Shown here: in pieces, positions 37,989 to 41,086 of the stretch
How positions within the stretch are numbered: position 1 is the stretch's first letter
How the letters are laid out: each line of letters opens with the position of its first letter
Assembly: GCA_964609345.1 (NCBI GenBank)
Contig: CAZSSI010000001.1
Location: 1 to 41,086 of the forward strand
Length of the DNA stretch: 41,086 nucleotides
Direction of reading: 5' to 3'
From: an uncultured Verrucomicrobiota bacterium
GTDB taxonomy: Bacteria > Verrucomicrobiota > Kiritimatiellia > Kiritimatiellales > Tichowtungiaceae
Notes under the pieces: generated by a model
Seen by the model: the letters and a program-made list of their open reading frames with translations, nothing else
What the model was told of the DNA's origin: nothing
The model's database searches: none
Program-made: the position numbers and the translations under genes

Positions 37989-39363
37989 TTTACCGAAAGA
38001 AAATCCGGATGATGTAAGCGGCCCCGGCGGGCTCGACACCGCCGCCGAATCTCTGCTTTACGATCAGGGCGGGCGGCTGTACTGGTGGCAGAATGAGGCT
38101 GGCGAATGGGTAGGCCGTAACGAACAGCACTGCATAAGGATGCTGAAGCGCATCGGCCTGTACGGTGCTGCGACGAAAGAAGAGAAGCTTTCAGCGATTG
38201 AAATCCGCCTATCCGATGTTTCAGAAAATCGCTTCGTGACTTATGCGGGGCCGCTGGCTGGCTGGGCAAAGGGATTTTATAATCAGGACGGCAACCGATT
38301 TCTGGTAACGAAATCACCCGCCCCGGTCATTCCTGAAAAGGGAGAATTCCCGACGCTGGATCGGCTGTTTGATGTTCTGTTCACCGGATCAGAAGACCAC
38401 GAAGGCCCTGCTCCAACCGACCAGCGGCAATTCTTTTTCGCCTGGTGGCGGTATGCCTTCCAGTGCCTGCGCGAGTGCTACCCAGAGCGCGGTCTTTGCA
38501 TGGTGCTGGCTGGGGATGCTGGCTGCGGAAAGACGCTGGCAAAGGAAATGGTTCGGATGTCTTTCGGGGGCCGTGAGATCATGCCCTATGCCTACATGAT
38601 CGGGCGCGACAATTTCAATGCCGAGATGCTTTCGCATGAGCTTTGGACGGTTGACGATGAGCAGGCCGACACCTCCATGCTGGCTCGAATCAAATTCGGT
38701 GCAGAGATCAAAAAGGCAACGGCAAACTCTGCCATGCGCTTTCGCGGGATGATGCGAGAGGCTATCACTCTCACAACGTTCCGGAGGCTCTTTGTGTGCG
38801 TCAACCGGGAGCCCGACCGGCTTATGGTACTGCCGCCGCTCGACGACGATATTTCGGGCAAGATGTGCATCCTGCGGTGCTACAACAGCGAAATGATGCA
38901 GGCGGCAACCTCGCACGATACCACGGAAAGAAAAGCGTTCTGGGATACCCTACAGAAAGAACTTCCGCACTTCCTTTACTGGCTGATGAATGACTGGGAA
39001 ATGCCGAAAGAGCTGCACGGACGATTCGGAAGCAAACAGTATCACCATCCCGACATCGTCGCAGAGCTGTTTACCCTATCATCCGAGCAGGTGCTTTTGG
39101 AACAAATCAACCGAGGTCTTGCCGACCACTTCAAACTGAGTGCTGAATGGATCGGCTCGGCCCCTGCTTTGCGAAATATCCTAGCCGAAGACAACAGCCC
39201 CCTCTCTCGTTCCGAGATAAAAAATTTACCTGCACCCAACTGGCTGGGAAAGAAGCTGAGGAAGCTTTCAGAGATTCAGCCCGACCGGTTCATCGGGAAG
39301 CGTCGGGCTGCTGGAACCCAGTGGACAATCTTTCCACCAGCCCCAGAATCGGGTGACGAATGA
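37981..39363 (+). CDS. SF3/D5-like replicative helicase (primase-associated type, DUF5906-like)
   Basis: Walker A LAGDAGCGKT, DNFNAE, Walker B WTVDDE, motif C VCVN. Confidence 0.78.
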   Translation: MNDLPKENPDDVSGPGGLDTAAESLLYDQGGRLYWWQNEAGEWVGRNEQHCIRMLKRIGLYGAATKEEKLSAIEIRLSDVSENRFVTYAGPLAGWAKGFYNQDGNRFLVTKSPAPVIPEKGEFPTLDRLFDVLFTGSEDHEGPAPTDQRQFFFAWWRYAFQCLRECYPERGLCMVLAGDAGCGKTLAKEMVRMSFGGREIMPYAYMIGRDNFNAEMLSHELWTVDDEQADTSMLARIKFGAEIKKATANSAMRFRGMMREAITLTTFRRLFVCVNREPDRLMVLPPLDDDISGKMCILRCYNSEMMQAATSHDTTERKAFWDTLQKELPHFLYWLMNDWEMPKELHGRFGSKQYHHPDIVAELFTLSSEQVLLEQINRGLADHFKLSAEWIGSAPALRNILAEDNSPLSRSEIKNLPAPNWLGKKLRKLSEIQPDRFIGKRRAAGTQWTIFPPAPESGDE

Positions 39364-39390
39364 TCACCCTGCCTTTTTTTGCTCCGGATC

Positions 39391-39634
39391 GTGTAGGCAG
39401 TTGCAGAAGGCTTTTTTATACCTACACGTTTTCGCCCAATGTTTTCGGGCATAATGTAGGCAGTGAGGGCATTGCAGTAAATAGTGATATATACGCGCAC
39501 ACACACACGCACAGGAAAGGCTTTGGCAAATCTGCTATCACTGCTGTCATTCTCGAACGATGCGCCCGAATCCATTGGGCGGAAACGTGTAGGCATGGTG
39601 CCGATCTGCTCAAATCATACTGCAATGCCTACAC
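39391..39634. other. putative replication origin: nested inverted repeats with TGTAGGCA motifs
   Basis: 30-bp arms 39421-39450 / 39564-39593 (27/30); outer arms 39391-39406 / 39620-39634; directly after the helicase gene. Confidence 0.6.
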
Positions 39635-39777
39635 TCGACCGGCTGCGCTCCGATCCGGACGGATCCCCGGCCCCGGCGAATTCTCCAAGGTACTGTGGGA
39701 ACATTTTATTGAGGGTAATTCGCGACCTCGTTCCTTATGCGCGTGTCTAGCGGCTGGACTGACTAAACAACAAAGCC

Positions 39778-39871
39778 GCCGAAATTGTCTAGAAAGACGT
39801 CAAGTAAACAGCCCGAAGCGCCGAAAATGTCTAGAAAGACGTCAAGTAAACAGCCCGAAGCGCCGAAAATG
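39778..39871. repeat. 42-bp tandem repeat x2.2
   Basis: GCCGAAAWTGTCTAGAAAGACGTCAAGTAAACAGCCCGAAGC starting at 39778 and 39820, with a partial copy at 39862. Confidence 0.92.
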
Positions 39872-40024
39872 ACCTGAGTGCGAGCATATTGAAATTTACT
39901 CAGGTTTGATAGAGGGGGGCCTGCTGGAAAGCTGTAAAAGGGCTCGAAATCTGCACCGGCGATGTTAAACCGGATCACTCCGAACCCATTCCAACCAGCC
40001 GCAAACAAGTCGCGTATTAAAACA

Positions 40025-40052
40025 ACGTCGCATAATAGTAGTTATGTCTGGT
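40025..40052 (+). other. dif-like (XerCD) site
   Basis: ACGTCGCATAA-TAGTAG-TTATGTCTGGT versus E. coli dif GGTGCGCATAA-TGTATA-TTATGTTAAAT. Confidence 0.55.
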
Positions 40053-40127
40053 TGTAAAACGTTGATTTGTAGGCACTTAATTTTTTGCCCATAAAAACAA
40101 AGTTAAAATAGAGCGGCTTTTAATGGA

Positions 40128-40157
40128 TTGACAAGGGGGGTTTTACGAAGTAAAACC
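40128..40157 (+). promoter_or_regulatory. sigma-70 promoter with an operator palindrome over the -10
   Basis: TTGACA-N17-TAAAAC; inverted repeat GGTTTTAC-GAA-GTAAAACC. Confidence 0.6.
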
Positions 40158-40163
40158 GGCACC

Positions 40164-40433
40164 ATGAAGTTTGGGGAAAATATAGCACTCACCATCGAGC
40201 AGGCCGCAGAAGAGGCCGGGCTTTCAACCGTCGCCATTTATGGCTTCATTAAGGCCGGAAAACTGACCGCCATACACCAAGACGGGCGGACGCTTCTATC
40301 CAAAGCCGAACTGGGGAGCCTTCTCTCTGCCGTCTGCCCTCAATGCGGTGAAGGTTTTCGCAAAGGCAACCAGCGGCAACGATTCTGCTCGCAATCCTGC
40401 CGCCAAAAGGCGAACCGTTCCGGACGGTCTTAG
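40164..40433 (+). CDS. HTH (Xis-like) plus C4 zinc-ribbon protein
   Basis: LTIEQAAEEAGLSTVAIYGFIKAGKL; CPQC...RFCSQSCRQKANR. Confidence 0.75.
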   Translation: MKFGENIALTIEQAAEEAGLSTVAIYGFIKAGKLTAIHQDGRTLLSKAELGSLLSAVCPQCGEGFRKGNQRQRFCSQSCRQKANRSGRS

Positions 40434-40780
40434 TCCATCATTGCCAGTGCAAGCGCCTTCTTGCTGGCCGTGAGGGCGCGTTTTGCCGCGTCTGCTGCGG
40501 CTTCGGCTTTTCGGACATCATCCATAGCCCGATCTATGTCCGAACCGGGCAACCATGCTTGAACTGAGGGAATGTCGCTTTCGTTACCAGAAACAATCCC
40601 GTCGCTCTGGCCGGACAGAATTCCGAACCGATGCTTACAGTACATCCCATTTTGACCTGCGGGACAGGTGCAATAGGCGGATACGTTGCCGCCGCCTTTG
40701 TTTGTGAAGGTCACTCGGTACGGCTCCGGAGCCGATCCTTGAACCATGAAAACGATCTGACTGCGTGATTCTGCGTTCAT
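40430..40780 (-). CDS. SWIM zinc-finger protein
   Basis: VQGSAPEPYRV...YCTCPAGQNGMYCKH (CxC-x7-CxH) followed by a coiled coil. Confidence 0.8.
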   Translation of the reverse strand: MNAESRSQIVFMVQGSAPEPYRVTFTNKGGGNVSAYCTCPAGQNGMYCKHRFGILSGQSDGIVSGNESDIPSVQAWLPGSDIDRAMDDVRKAEAAADAAKRALTASKKALALAMMD

Positions 40781-41042
40781 GCCGGGACAATAGCGGGTTT
40801 AATTTTTCCGTCCATCGCTATTTTTTCGCCAGAGCGATGACGAATAGGCCGCAGCGCGCCTGAAAAATGATGATCGTCGGGCCTATTCGGTGGACTCGCT
40901 GAAAAACTTTCCGGTTTCTTTCCGGTTGTGCTCCGTTTTAATCACGAAGCATCACGCGCTATCAAAGCGGGCGGAAAAGGTGGTGGTATCAGCAAACCCC
41001 AATAAATAAAGGCTAAACCCGAATGAATAACCCCTGAAAAGA

Positions 41043-41086
41043 TGGTGCACCTGCCGGGAGTCGAACCCAGATCACCGGATTCGGAG
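41043..41086 (-). tRNA. tRNA-Arg(CCG), 3' half (5' half beyond the window); also the right att repeat
   Basis: Minus strand CT-CCG-AA TCCGG TGAT CTGGG TTCGACT CCCGG CAGGTGC ACCA. Confidence 0.85.

Larger units (their letters stand above)
32864..41086. mobile_element. ~8.2 kb tRNA-Arg-integrated element (phage-satellite-like)
   Basis: Flanking 44-bp direct repeats, tyrosine integrase at one end, HTH genes, SF3 helicase, origin-like region, TMP-like gene; no capsid, terminase or conjugation genes recognised. Confidence 0.9.

Noticed and set aside
39778-39871. CRISPR array
   Set aside because: The units are contiguous with no unique spacers, and there are no cas genes.
39360-39872. 170-aa ORF after the helicase
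   Set aside because: It runs through the palindromic and tandem-repeat region and has no recognisable motif; probably non-coding, although the ATGA overlap means it cannot be fully excluded.
32864-41086. Complete prophage or ICE/IME
   Set aside because: No capsid, terminase, portal, lysis, relaxase or T4SS genes are recognisable in 8.2 kb.

Overview
A bacterial chromosomal window, probably PVC superphylum/Kiritimatiellia-like (inferred from the gene content, the PEP-CTERM protein and the repeat style). Bases 1-32.8 kb are mostly housekeeping: the end of an rRNA operon (23S 3' end, 5S), two pseudouridine synthases, an ECF sigma module, argJ-argB-argD, rplM-rpsI, serA, rpsT/rpsU/infA, gpmI, a hybrid sensor kinase, tRNA-Ser, purB, rlmN, amtB-glnK, serC and an MFS transporter. 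Accessory signals are embedded in this backbone: (i) a solo integron gene cassette with a well-formed attC between argB and argD; (ii) a large secreted FGE-sulfatase/CLec protein whose 3' end looks like a DGR variable region, with no RT or TR in the window; (iii) a recurring TTCCA-N5-TGGAA palindrome, also inside genes; (iv) several short-period repeat elements. Bases 32864-41086 are an ~8.2 kb element integrated in tRNA-Arg(CCG), bounded by 44-bp direct repeats. It carries an integrase, HTH/Xis proteins, an SF3-type helicase, an origin-like palindromic region and a dif-like site. Its only virion-related gene is a 360-aa tape-measure-like protein, which makes it a candidate new type of phage satellite. 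All calls were made by eye from motifs; no searches were run.
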